Shown here in pieces: positions 19,631 through 29,025 of a stretch of DNA of 64,000 nucleotides (positions are counted from its first letter, which is position 1; each line of letters starts with the position of its first letter). Both the position numbers and the translations under genes were made by a program. Location: positions 124,001-188,000 of the IMG/VR virus record IMGVR_UViG_3300040801_004532. One strand, 5' to 3'. The notes beneath the pieces are model-generated. The model saw nothing but the letters and a program-made list of their open reading frames with translations, did no database searches and had not been told where the DNA came from.

Positions 19631-20442
19631 TGGGTTATGATCTAGACAAATATCTTGATGAAATTCAAGGTGATGTTGTTGTTCAAGAATTTGAACCCAT
19701 TACGACAGGACTTGCTATTTCGACAATTGCCGCAATTGGAAGTATGGTCTCTATCCTTATAACTGTTGCATCTATTAGAAATTCTGTTAAGGTTGATAAA
19801 AAATGGAGCAAAAGACTAAATGAAATTTTAGAGACAAATGATTGGAAGGTTCATTTGATTCCAGATGATTCTTCAAATGCTTTTTCAGTTGGCGGAAAAC
19901 ATGTTTTTTTGACAAGCGGTTTAATAAAATTTCTTAAACAGCGAGAGATTGAGGCCGTAATGCTTCATGAGGTTTATCATAGTGAAGCAAAACATTTACA
20001 AAAATCTATTGCATATAAATTTCCATTTATCTTTATGTTATTCTATTTGGCTGTAACTACAAGCATTGCTGCAGCAACTCCCATATTGGGAATTTTGATT
20101 TATGTTATGTTGAAGGGAGTTCCAGATGCAGCATATGCAATTATTGCTGGCAAGAGACACGAAAAGAAAGCTGACGAATATGCTGTTAAATATGGGTATG
20201 GAAATGAATTAGAATCATCATTAAGAAAAATTGAGGATGCACAAAAGAGAGCCAGTAGAGGAAGACCTTGTGGAATAATCTGTAAGGCAAATAATAAACT
20301 TGAAGAAATATTCGATGAGCATCCCTCAACAGCAAAACGTATTGAAAATATTCTTAGAAAGAAGAGAGAACTTGAACAGGCAATTAAATCAAAAAGTTTT
20401 AAGAAAATCAAAGCCTTCGTCATGGGAGAACTTAAAAAATAA
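19630..20442 (+). CDS. M48 (HtpX-like) membrane zinc metallopeptidase
   Basis: NAFS.GG...TSGL, EIEAVMLHEVYH (HExxH), EKKADEYA, HPST.KRI; TM segments. Confidence 0.85.
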   Translation: MGYDLDKYLDEIQGDVVVQEFEPITTGLAISTIAAIGSMVSILITVASIRNSVKVDKKWSKRLNEILETNDWKVHLIPDDSSNAFSVGGKHVFLTSGLIKFLKQREIEAVMLHEVYHSEAKHLQKSIAYKFPFIFMLFYLAVTTSIAAATPILGILIYVMLKGVPDAAYAIIAGKRHEKKADEYAVKYGYGNELESSLRKIEDAQKRASRGRPCGIICKANNKLEEIFDEHPSTAKRIENILRKKRELEQAIKSKSFKKIKAFVMGELKK

Positions 20443-21459
20443 ATGGATAAGGGTGTAACTCAACGACTTTTTGGAAACTATAGAGCGAAAGTCGTATCGA
20501 ATCGAGACAATGAAAAATATGGTAGGGTTCTTGTTTGGATACCCGACCTAATGCCAGAAGTATCTGATACGCAAGGTATTTGGGCACGCCCTGCAAATAA
20601 TCCAATTGGCGGACGAAATAAGCAAAGTGGTTCAGATGAAAATTATTATATGGGAACATCATATATTCCAAGAAAAGGAAGTTGGGTTTGGATATTCTTT
20701 GAGGCGGGAAATATAAACAGACCATATTATTTTGGAGCATTGGATTTACAAAATGCAAAGGTGCTTCCAGAAAATCAACTTGGGAGCAACTATCAAGACA
20801 AATGGACAATTTTTAAAAGTCACGAAGGACGAACAATTGTTATCTCTGATGATCCTGATGATGCAAGAACAGAAATAACTGGAAAGAAAAGAGAACTAAA
20901 AGAACCACCTTCTGGAGATACAGATTCAGTTTATAAGATTGATGATAACCAGACAACAATTCTTCTTGATGAAAGAAATGGGAAACAGAAATTATTAATT
21001 AGGACATATCAAGGAGATTATCTCAACATTGATATTGATGATCGAAAATTATACGCTGAGTTTGAAAGTGATATTGAGATCAAAACAAATGGTTCATTTA
21101 AATTAACGGCTAAAGATGATATTGACATTAAATCAAATAGTGCTGTTAAACTAACAGCTCAGGATAATATTGACATCAAATCAAAAACTGGAGATATTTT
21201 TATTCAAGCTGAAGCTAGTGAAATCAATCTAAAAGGTGCCGCAGATATTAAAATTACAGCAGGCGGAAATTTGGATTCAAGTGCAGGCGGGAATTATACA
21301 TATTCTGGTGGTGGCAATGTTAGTGGTCAAGCAGGAGGAACAATGGCACATGATGGTTCACAATTGCTTGAGCAACAAGGATCATCAACTCCAGCTCAAC
21401 AAGCATCAAATGCAACTGATGCAACTGATGCAAACCCGAAAGGAGAACGTGATTCCTAA
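20443..21459 (+). CDS. Baseplate hub/spike protein (gp5/VgrG OB-fold + beta-helix)
   Basis: YRAKVVSNRD..KYGRVLVWIP, P.KGSWVWIFFE.G...PY; repeated IDIKS/LTA beta-strands. Confidence 0.8.
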   Translation: MDKGVTQRLFGNYRAKVVSNRDNEKYGRVLVWIPDLMPEVSDTQGIWARPANNPIGGRNKQSGSDENYYMGTSYIPRKGSWVWIFFEAGNINRPYYFGALDLQNAKVLPENQLGSNYQDKWTIFKSHEGRTIVISDDPDDARTEITGKKRELKEPPSGDTDSVYKIDDNQTTILLDERNGKQKLLIRTYQGDYLNIDIDDRKLYAEFESDIEIKTNGSFKLTAKDDIDIKSNSAVKLTAQDNIDIKSKTGDIFIQAEASEINLKGAADIKITAGGNLDSSAGGNYTYSGGGNVSGQAGGTMAHDGSQLLEQQGSSTPAQQASNATDATDANPKGERDS

Positions 21460-22226
21460 TGGCACTGACACCAACTCAAACATCATTATGTAATAGTCTT
21501 TCACAACAATATGATACTCTTGTGGCTCCAGTGAAACTTTCAAAAAGTACCATAAGATCAAAAGTTAGAAATTTAGAATCATCTTTAAGAACTACTTCGT
21601 TTTCTCCTTTGAGTCAAGTTGAAAGTGCAGTAGATGATCTATTAACAGATACTCAGGCATCATTGCCTGGAGATACAGATGCTGATATGGAGGAGTTGAA
21701 AAATTTTATTGACGCATGTGATTTCTTTGGTACAGCATCTCCTGTATCTGCAGTTTTAGGAGCTGCAACTGGAGCATATGATGCTATTGATAATCTAGTA
21801 GATAATACATCACTTACCACACCAGAATTTGGTCTAGGAAGTATTGCTGATGAAATAAATAAACTTTTATCTGGAAGTGGTTTTCCAGGAGGTAGCAATC
21901 TCTCTGATCAATTGAAAAAAGCTGATAATCTATTGAATTGTCTATCAAGTCTTTGTCCCGGTTATAGCAGTCGTGTTAGTCAAATAGCTGCTGACCTTAC
22001 CGGACTTTATACTGATCTTAATATAGTTGATAATCCATTAGATCCAAATTATGGAAATCTTGATTATGATGCAATTTATTCAAACGCTGGAATTTCATCT
22101 GCCGATCAAGAGAAAGTCAATGTCGCAATAAATGGGATTGCCAATGCAAAATCTGCAGCAAAAACAGCAATTAGTAATGCTGCAGAAAAGGTTAAGGCAA
22201 CATTGAAGATTGGAGGATTATTCTAA
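21459..22226 (+). CDS. Hypothetical baseplate-associated protein
   Basis: Lies between the gp5-like and PAAR genes. Confidence 0.45.
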   Translation: MALTPTQTSLCNSLSQQYDTLVAPVKLSKSTIRSKVRNLESSLRTTSFSPLSQVESAVDDLLTDTQASLPGDTDADMEELKNFIDACDFFGTASPVSAVLGAATGAYDAIDNLVDNTSLTTPEFGLGSIADEINKLLSGSGFPGGSNLSDQLKKADNLLNCLSSLCPGYSSRVSQIAADLTGLYTDLNIVDNPLDPNYGNLDYDAIYSNAGISSADQEKVNVAINGIANAKSAAKTAISNAAEKVKATLKIGGLF

Positions 22227-22775
22227 ATGGCAGCGGCTGATAAACTACGAGAAATGATTAATGTTGCTCCAGATCAAGTTGAAAATCTAGATGGGAGCAT
22301 TGATCAAATAAACAATTTAATTGAGGACTTCAACGAAGAAATTGATGCAATTACAAACGCGTTATGTACTCCAGCTAAAAATGAACTAACAGACTACTTG
22401 AATAACACCAAGTTATCAGAGATTGAAGGACTATATGGGGATCCATTTAATACTCCCTTTACAGTTGATTATGGACCGAATTATGGCACTATCGCTTATT
22501 CAACTGGTGGGATTGATGATTTTAAAATAGCTGATTCAAGTGGTAATACAATGTACTCTTACGAAGGAGTGAATTGGGATGGAGATACTACAATAACCAA
22601 ATTAGTTGAGGATTATGCTTTTGGTAATGACTATTTAACAAGACCATTAACAACTGGTGCTAGTTATGGCATAATACCAAATCGTGATAATCTAAGTACT
22701 GCTAAAGCACTATTAACTGCGAACAAAACTAAAATTGATGAGTCAATAGATGTATTTGAGGACTATGCCAGTTAA
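22227..22775 (+). CDS. Hypothetical baseplate-associated protein
   Basis: Lies between the gp5-like and PAAR genes. Confidence 0.45.
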   Translation: MAAADKLREMINVAPDQVENLDGSIDQINNLIEDFNEEIDAITNALCTPAKNELTDYLNNTKLSEIEGLYGDPFNTPFTVDYGPNYGTIAYSTGGIDDFKIADSSGNTMYSYEGVNWDGDTTITKLVEDYAFGNDYLTRPLTTGASYGIIPNRDNLSTAKALLTANKTKIDESIDVFEDYAS

Positions 22776-22784
22776 GGAGACATT

Positions 22785-23087
22785 ATGCCATCTGTAGCAA
22801 GAATTGGAGATTTGTGGACTGGTATTTGTTGTTGTCACCCACCCATTCCATGTATTGGTATGTCAGGAACAATTATTACAGGAAGTGGTAACGCAAAATC
22901 TGGAGGTCCATCTGTGGCAAGACTGACTGATATTGTAATTGGGTATTGTGGTCATACTGGCGTAATTGTAACAGCCAGTGGTGTAAACTTAACAAATGCC
23001 TTAGGAAAAGCTAGAGTCGGAGATCAGGTAACAGGTTGTACAATTGGAACAATTGTAACAGGTAACCCAACTCATATAACAGGCTAA
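22785..23087 (+). CDS. PAAR-like spike tip protein
   Basis: VARIGD, VARLTD, KARVGD repeats with Cys/His ligands. Confidence 0.8.
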   Translation: MPSVARIGDLWTGICCCHPPIPCIGMSGTIITGSGNAKSGGPSVARLTDIVIGYCGHTGVIVTASGVNLTNALGKARVGDQVTGCTIGTIVTGNPTHITG

Positions 23088-23100
23088 GAGGAAGTTTAGA

Positions 23101-23613
23101 ATGAAAATTCAATTAAGGCCATCTTTATTAAAAGTTAGAAGACAAAGTATAAAATGGATTGTTATCCATCATACAGTTGAGATCTATCCGCAACCAGCAG
23201 CTCGGATTGATAACTCACAATATCAATTGCCTGAGTTGTTTAAAGGTGTCCTTGAAGATAAAACTGGAGATATTAATTATCACTATGTCCTTGAAAAGAT
23301 TAAAGAAGATTATGTTCCTATTGTTACAAGACCCTTCGTATACTTGTGTGATTGGCCCGATATTGATGTTAATATTAATAACCGTGCTATCCATGTTGCT
23401 CTATTAGGAAGCTATGATTTCAAGGTACCCGAGAAAAGACTCTATGAGGTACTTGCATACCGCCTTCTAAATCCCTTCATGAAAATGTTTCATCTCAACC
23501 CAAAAAGAATAAAGTTTCACCGGGATGTTTCTAGTGAAGATATAACATGCCCCGGAGACTTTATGGAAATGGCAAGAGTTGAAGCCCTCGTCCGTAGATT
23601 TGTTATCAAATAA
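23101..23613 (+). CDS. N-acetylmuramoyl-L-alanine amidase-like protein (Amidase_2)
   Basis: IVIHHT, YHYV, IHVALLG, KFHRDV...CPG. Confidence 0.7.
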   Translation: MKIQLRPSLLKVRRQSIKWIVIHHTVEIYPQPAARIDNSQYQLPELFKGVLEDKTGDINYHYVLEKIKEDYVPIVTRPFVYLCDWPDIDVNINNRAIHVALLGSYDFKVPEKRLYEVLAYRLLNPFMKMFHLNPKRIKFHRDVSSEDITCPGDFMEMARVEALVRRFVIK

Positions 23614-23637
23614 TTTCTTTATTTATTCACCTCTTAT

Positions 23638-23661
23638 CTATATATATAAATTAGTGATAGG
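23638..23661 (+). promoter_or_regulatory. Putative promoter motif CTATATATATWAAT
   Basis: Same motif at 29044 and 39775, each heading an intergenic gap. Confidence 0.55.
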
Positions 23662-23708
23662 CAGGGTTGGTTCGATTTTTTAGTTACCCATCAAAAGAGA
23701 GGTGATCA

Positions 23709-24263
23709 ATGTATCAAAAGATCATCGCGATTGTGTTGGCGTTGTTCATCGTGGGCTGCGCAACACAAAAGTACAATGTTGTTGACCCCGCAGGTCGAAA
23801 ATTGCCAAATCCACATTATGTTTTGAATGGTATTGGCAATGACATCTCCGTGATGTTTTACTACATGGAGGTAAGCGAGGTCAGGGATATCGACGGAACC
23901 TCTCTCAAAACCCCATCCTTTATTCCTCTCCATGAAAAGAAAATTTTTACATGGGAAGAGGATCATTCGTTGTTTCTCGTTACAGAGGTTCATAACCCAA
24001 AAAAGGTTAAATACTCTGTATATGAGAAATGGCAAATCAAGTATTGGAGTTTTGATCTGAGGACGGATGGGTTTTATCATAAGATTGCTGAAAGCCAAGC
24101 CCAATTCCGTCGGTATCAAATTCGTCTTCCTTATGTGGAAGATGGAATCAGGGAAGTACGCCATCATCTAGAAATACGTGTTGGTGATGGAGAAATTCCG
24201 TCTATGATGATTGGCGACTTCGTCTATCAAGTCAAAAAGAAAGGGGGTGAACAAACTAATTAA
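23709..24263 (+). CDS. Lipoprotein
   Basis: Signal peptide with lipobox-like IVGC; RBS GAGGTG. Confidence 0.65.
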   Translation: MYQKIIAIVLALFIVGCATQKYNVVDPAGRKLPNPHYVLNGIGNDISVMFYYMEVSEVRDIDGTSLKTPSFIPLHEKKIFTWEEDHSLFLVTEVHNPKKVKYSVYEKWQIKYWSFDLRTDGFYHKIAESQAQFRRYQIRLPYVEDGIREVRHHLEIRVGDGEIPSMMIGDFVYQVKKKGGEQTN

Positions 24264-24282
24264 CATCGAGAGGAGAATGAGT

Positions 24283-24573
24283 ATGAAAAACATCATCATC
24301 GTTTTACTGGCCCTCATGGTGGGCATCGGCACCGCCGGATTCGCTTTTGCGGATGAAGTTCCCGCGACAAACGTGGATCCCGTATTGCTGCAGAATGTGC
24401 CCACGGATGTGGATGATGAAACAGTGGCAAGTCGGTTGATTCATGACCGTGTGCTCCCGGAAGAGGCAAAAATGAATCTGAATCCGGAACCAAGAGCACT
24501 GGATGCCCCGTCCACATCGAAGAGTTCAAGAATCGAAAAACCTGTACGACCAACCAAACCTGCCCCCTGGTAG
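24283..24573 (+). CDS. Exported protein (Sec signal peptide)
   Basis: MKNIIIVLLALMVGIGTAGFAFA-DE; RBS GAGGAG; inside track ORF 24211..24573. Confidence 0.6.
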   Translation: MKNIIIVLLALMVGIGTAGFAFADEVPATNVDPVLLQNVPTDVDDETVASRLIHDRVLPEEAKMNLNPEPRALDAPSTSKSSRIEKPVRPTKPAPW

Positions 24574-24639
24574 TACACAATTGATTGTTTAGCGCTAAAC
24601 AACCAAAACAACAACTTACCAAAACACAAGGAGTTTTCA

Positions 24640-25764
24640 ATGAAGAAAATGTGGAAAGTATTTGCGGTATTTGCGGCAGTCGCCCTGATCAGCACCCCGA
24701 TGGCGTTTGCCGAACCGCCTCACTGGAGCGGCATCATCGGTGGAAATCCCGGAAACTTTGGGGGAAATCCCAACAATGGAAATGCCTTCTGGAAGGGCGG
24801 TCAGGATGAAGGTCCAGGAAATGGCCCCAGCGGTCAGACCGTGGCCTTCGGTGCCCTGGATGTGAAGTCCAAAGCCAAGGCGAAAGCCTTTGATGGTGAC
24901 CTGGAAGTGATCCCCAACGGCGCGGCCTTCGGGATCAGCGGAGCCAAGAGCAAGGCCGGCGCGGATGCCGATGGTTTCGTGCTCAATGGCGAAATCGAAG
25001 GTGAGGTCAATACGACCGCCGGCGCCCTGACCAACACCACGGCCTATACCTGGTTTCCGGGAGCGGGCGACCTCTCCATCGGAGTCGGAAGCTATACCCT
25101 GAATCAGACCTTTCTGGGTGCGGATGCCAAAATCAAGGCAGATCCGGATTTCGGTCTGGCCTTCACCGATGCCGATATGTATGGCAAGACCAGCCAGTTC
25201 TCCCTGAACGCCTCCGGGTTGGGCGAATCCCCGTTCTTCTTCCGTACCGATGGTTTTACCGGTGGTATTGCCACCCAGAATTCCAAGGGCGGATTCCATG
25301 GCGATGCCCATGCGGTAGATTTTATGATGGGAAAATCCGGCGCCGGAATGGGTGCTGAAATCGACATGCTCGGTCAGACCTGGTCCGAATCATATCGCTA
25401 CGTGGACTGGAACAACGGGGCCAGAACTGAAGGAATGGGCACCGTGGTCGGAGCCACCACCGATGTCGAAACCAATGGTTACGACTACGACTGGGATAAG
25501 GGCATTTTCAATTGCACAGACGCCGATGTTCATGGCGGTTTCAATGCCAGCGGCAACGTCGGAGCGATCACCGTCCAGGATACCCGGGGCGGCAAGGGAG
25601 TGGCCACAGCGACCGGGTTGTATGAAGGCGCGGGCCGTCTCGACGACGACTACAGTGGTTCGGCAATCGGCGGCACCTACACCAATATCACCACGGTTGA
25701 TGGCATGAAAGGTTCCGTGGTGAACTCCGGTGCCAACATGACGGTCCATAGTCAGATCGACTAA
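24640..25764 (+). CDS. Exported Gly/Ala/Asp/Thr-rich protein
   Basis: MKKMWKVFAVFAAVALISTPMAFA-E signal; GC-rich codons; RBS AGGAG. Confidence 0.7.
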   Translation: MKKMWKVFAVFAAVALISTPMAFAEPPHWSGIIGGNPGNFGGNPNNGNAFWKGGQDEGPGNGPSGQTVAFGALDVKSKAKAKAFDGDLEVIPNGAAFGISGAKSKAGADADGFVLNGEIEGEVNTTAGALTNTTAYTWFPGAGDLSIGVGSYTLNQTFLGADAKIKADPDFGLAFTDADMYGKTSQFSLNASGLGESPFFFRTDGFTGGIATQNSKGGFHGDAHAVDFMMGKSGAGMGAEIDMLGQTWSESYRYVDWNNGARTEGMGTVVGATTDVETNGYDYDWDKGIFNCTDADVHGGFNASGNVGAITVQDTRGGKGVATATGLYEGAGRLDDDYSGSAIGGTYTNITTVDGMKGSVVNSGANMTVHSQID

Positions 25765-25791
25765 CCGGATCATTTTCAATTCGATTAACCC

Positions 25792-25821
25792 GGGGGCCTG
25801 ATCTTTAGGCCCCCATTTTTT
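25792..25821 (+). terminator. Rho-independent terminator
   Basis: GGGGGCCTG-ATCTT-TAGGCCCCC followed by ATTTTTT. Confidence 0.75.
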
Positions 25822-25855
25822 CAAACCTCAAGATACACGAAGGGAGAAAGTACAA

Positions 25856-26314
25856 ATGAAGAAACTGTTTGCGGTATTGGCGCTCATTCTGTGCGTCGCT
25901 TTTGCCACACCCGCCATGGCTCAGGCCAATGACATCTGTTATGGCGGATGTTATGATGAAACCTACATGGATCAGCAAATGCTCGGACCTTTCAACCTGG
26001 TCGTCACCGGTGTCGAAATTGGCGGGATCGAAATGATCGACAACGACATCCGGGAATACTGCTGTGGATGCAAATACGACTACACCGAGTCCTTTACATG
26101 GGGCGGCCTTTCGGTGGATGTGATCATGCTTCAGGGTGCCGTCATGATGCAGGACATGCATACAACCAGCTGCTGCCCGGCCACCCAGATCCAGGGATAC
26201 GATGTGTCTCAGACCTTTACTTCCCCCGGCTTCACCGTTGAAATGAACGCGGAAGCCTTCCAGGTCCAGCACACCGGGTATTCTTACGGGTATGGAGATT
26301 TCGGCCCCCGGTAA
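25856..26314 (+). CDS. Exported Cys/Met-containing protein
   Basis: MKKLFAVLALILCVAFATPAMA-Q signal. Confidence 0.65.
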   Translation: MKKLFAVLALILCVAFATPAMAQANDICYGGCYDETYMDQQMLGPFNLVVTGVEIGGIEMIDNDIREYCCGCKYDYTESFTWGGLSVDVIMLQGAVMMQDMHTTSCCPATQIQGYDVSQTFTSPGFTVEMNAEAFQVQHTGYSYGYGDFGPR

Positions 26315-26380
26315 CAACAATGTTACTAACATTTTGTATTTTGGTAACAGTTTGAACAACCTACACCAAGGAGAAATTCA

Positions 26381-27301
26381 ATGCGGAAACTTTTCGTGAT
26401 CGCAACAGCAGTAATGTTTCTTTTCGCAATCCCCATGATTGCCCTTGCGGATTCCAACCATGCAACGGCAACCTCGGGTTCCAGTGCCAACGGATACAAC
26501 AACGGCCAAAACCAAGGACAGGATCAGGGTCAAACCCAAATGCAGGGTGTGGGCCTGAACGATGTCGGGAACATCAAAGACTCATTCAACAGCCAAGGCA
26601 TGCGCGGATTCGCCATCCCCGGCGAGATCATGTACGGCCCCTTGCTCAACTACTACCAGCAGGGAACCGCCAGCGGCTCCTTTCAGCGAATCGAAAACCT
26701 CATTCTTTACAGCAACGTGTTCACCGAGGGATCCCTTGAAAGCATCCTTTCCGGGATCGATCATGTGAAAGCTGAAATGAAAGTCGCCGCCGATGTCGCC
26801 CCGGCCAAACCGGCCAAACAGGATGGCGCGACCCGTTTCATCATGGTCGTTGTCACCATGCCGGATCAGTCCGGAAATGTTGCCAAACTGGACAACGTGA
26901 AGTTCAAAGGCTTCGTCAACGCCTGGAGCAGGGACCAGTACACCGCAATGCCTGAAGTCATGGCGGCCGCCGCCCTGGAAGCCCTGAAAGCGGGCTGCAA
27001 TGTGATTCAGTTCACAGCACAGGGCGCCTCCCGAGACACCGTATCCAGTGGATGGGGTGTTGGGATTTCGGCCACTTCCGTGAGCGTTTCTGGTTCTCAG
27101 AGCAGTTCAACCACCGGTACCGCCGGCATCGGTTACTCCGCCGGTCAGGCCGGAATGCGGGACAAACCCTGGCTGCAAGCCTTCGGACTGGTCGCCCCCG
27201 AAATGGATTACCCGGGTGATCTGACCGCCGCTGCAATGCCAGCAGGCAAACCCCAAACCGGTAACCACACCAAGTACGGAAGCGCTCAGGCCAAGAAGTA
27301 A
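26381..27301 (+). CDS. Exported protein with Gln/Gly-rich N-terminus and Ser/Gly-rich beta-hairpin-like segment
   Basis: MRKLFVIATAVMFLFAIPMIALA-D signal; NGQNQGQDQGQTQMQG. Confidence 0.7.
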   Translation: MRKLFVIATAVMFLFAIPMIALADSNHATATSGSSANGYNNGQNQGQDQGQTQMQGVGLNDVGNIKDSFNSQGMRGFAIPGEIMYGPLLNYYQQGTASGSFQRIENLILYSNVFTEGSLESILSGIDHVKAEMKVAADVAPAKPAKQDGATRFIMVVVTMPDQSGNVAKLDNVKFKGFVNAWSRDQYTAMPEVMAAAALEALKAGCNVIQFTAQGASRDTVSSGWGVGISATSVSVSGSQSSSTTGTAGIGYSAGQAGMRDKPWLQAFGLVAPEMDYPGDLTAAAMPAGKPQTGNHTKYGSAQAKK

Positions 27302-27350
27302 TCAACCGGCCTGGTGTTCTTAGATGCCATTCCGGTATCCTAGAACAAAA

Positions 27351-27463
27351 TGAAAATGCTAGTCCCGATTGGGCTAAAGGCCGACGTCCGTGGGCCGCTG
27401 CCGCCCCGAATAAAAGCATCTGCGGCTTTAAGGTAGGGTGAAAGGGTGCTGCTAGCATTTTCA
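27351..27463 (+). ncRNA. Candidate structured small RNA
   Basis: Perfect 12-bp closing stem TGAAAATGCTAG/CTAGCATTTTCA around a GC-rich interior; promoter-like motif at 27341 and terminator directly after. Confidence 0.45.
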
Positions 27464-27519
27464 AATCTGAGGGGGTGGGAAGCACCAGCGCGTCTTCGCG
27501 ACCCCCTCAGATTTTTTTT
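27463..27519 (+). terminator. Rho-independent terminator
   Basis: AAATCTGAGGGGGT...ACCCCCTCAGATTT running into a T8 tract. Confidence 0.75.
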
Positions 27520-27546
27520 GGTTAGAATATATGAAAGGAAATAATT

Positions 27547-28452
27547 ATGAAAATTGAAGACATACAAGTCCTAGTTGTTGGTGATATTATGATGGATAAA
27601 TACGTGGTTGGAAAAGTTGAAAGAATTTCTCCCGAAGCTCCAGTTCCGATTGTTAAAGTTACAGATGAATATGACACACTTGGTGGCTGCGGAAATGTTA
27701 CAAGGAATATTGCTGAGCTTGGAGCTAAAGTTGATTGTCTTGCATCAATTGGTCCGGATGAAGATGGTCTAATTATAAAGGGTGAATTATATGACATCGG
27801 CGCAAGACCACTATTATTTGAAGGTGCTGAAAGGACAATTGTAAAAGAAAGAATAATCTCTGATTATCGAGATGTTCAAATGTTAAGAATTGATCGAGAA
27901 GAAATTAAACCGGTTGATCCAAAATTATCAATTAATATGTTTAAGACAAATAGAAAAGTTGCTTATGATATTGTAATTATTTCTGATTATGCAAAGGGAA
28001 TGATTACTGATGGATTAATGACTTTTTTAAAGAAAGAATTGAAATGTAAAATAATAGTTGATCCAAAACCAATAAACAGACGACTTTATGATAATGTCTT
28101 CATGATTACTCCAAATGAAAAAGAATATATGGAAATGGCAATTCATAGTGACCCAACTCTCAAAAATATTGAATATATATTAAGGACTAGAGGAAAGCAT
28201 GGAATGGTTCTTGAAAGTAAAGGACAAGAATGGAACATTGAAGCTGAACCAGTTGAGGTTTATAATGTTTCTGGGGCCGGAGATACTGTTATTGCTACAA
28301 TGGGAGTTTGTTTATCTCTTGGATTGACTCCTATTCAATCTGCAAAAATTGCAAATAAATGTGCTAATTATGTAGTAACACAACCAGGGACATCGGTGGT
28401 TCCCAAGAACAAATATATGACCATCTTAGATAAGTGTTTATCGGAGGAGTAA
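27547..28452 (+). CDS. rfaE1: D-glycero-beta-D-manno-heptose-7-phosphate kinase (HldE/RfaE domain I)
   Basis: VVGDIMMDKYVVGKVERISPEAPVP, GGCGNV, SDYAKG, VDPK, TPN, NVSGAGDTV. Confidence 0.9.
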   Translation: MKIEDIQVLVVGDIMMDKYVVGKVERISPEAPVPIVKVTDEYDTLGGCGNVTRNIAELGAKVDCLASIGPDEDGLIIKGELYDIGARPLLFEGAERTIVKERIISDYRDVQMLRIDREEIKPVDPKLSINMFKTNRKVAYDIVIISDYAKGMITDGLMTFLKKELKCKIIVDPKPINRRLYDNVFMITPNEKEYMEMAIHSDPTLKNIEYILRTRGKHGMVLESKGQEWNIEAEPVEVYNVSGAGDTVIATMGVCLSLGLTPIQSAKIANKCANYVVTQPGTSVVPKNKYMTILDKCLSEE

Positions 28453-28457
28453 AACTA

Positions 28458-28780
28458 ATGTTTAAACTACTACACGAAGAAAGATCATATTTACAAGCAT
28501 TGAAAGAATCAGAACCAAAGGTTAAGATTCCGGTTGAAAATCCAGGTGTTCTTGAAGTTCCTGAAGGAAAAGATGTTGAAGATATGGGAGAGAATCATTT
28601 CAAAGGACTTATTAAAAAAAAAGTTGGGAAGTGATTTCTAAAGCATTAACAAATCTTATTACGTGGAATAAATCAAAAGATCCAAAACTGTCAAAGTGGG
28701 CTGACAAGATGCAACAAAAATTGTCAGATTGGGTCGATAAACAAAGAGAAGAAAAGGATGACCCAGATCTATATGCATAA
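28458..28780 (+). CDS. Hypothetical protein interrupted by a -1 frameshift at an A9 run (28614-28622)
   Basis: 0-frame stops at 28634; -1 frame continues SWEVISKALTNLITWNK...DLYA* to a TAA overlapping the next ATG at 28780. Confidence 0.55.
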
Positions 28781-29025
28781 TGGATACATTTGTTAAAAAT
28801 TCACTTAAACTGTTCAAGGCTTTTAGGGATGTCAAACCTAGGTCGTTGGGAGATAAATTACTATTAGAATACCATAGAAAATGTCATATGCTATATGCAG
28901 GCAATATCAAACGTACCCCACCAAATAAAACCTTCATAAACTCAATTGTTGAATATCACGATAGTTTAGTGAAAGAAATGCTAAGGAGAAATATGAGGCA
29001 CAATTCCCCCCTTAAAAAGATTTAA
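28780..29025 (+). CDS. Hypothetical protein
   Basis: HRKCH...H...EMLRRNMRHNSPL His-rich motif. Confidence 0.5.
   Translation: MDTFVKNSLKLFKAFRDVKPRSLGDKLLLEYHRKCHMLYAGNIKRTPPNKTFINSIVEYHDSLVKEMLRRNMRHNSPLKKI

Noticed and set aside
20443-23087. Type VI secretion VgrG-PAAR locus
   Set aside because: No T6SS membrane or ClpV genes; context is a phage baseplate
27363-27451. Twister, pistol, HDV or hammerhead ribozyme
   Set aside because: Only fragmentary resemblance; the catalytic consensus could not be completed by eye
24314-27485. Long minus-strand and alternate-frame ORFs in the GC-rich cassette
   Set aside because: Expected shadows of GC-rich coding sequence; the + strand ORFs have RBSs and signal peptides
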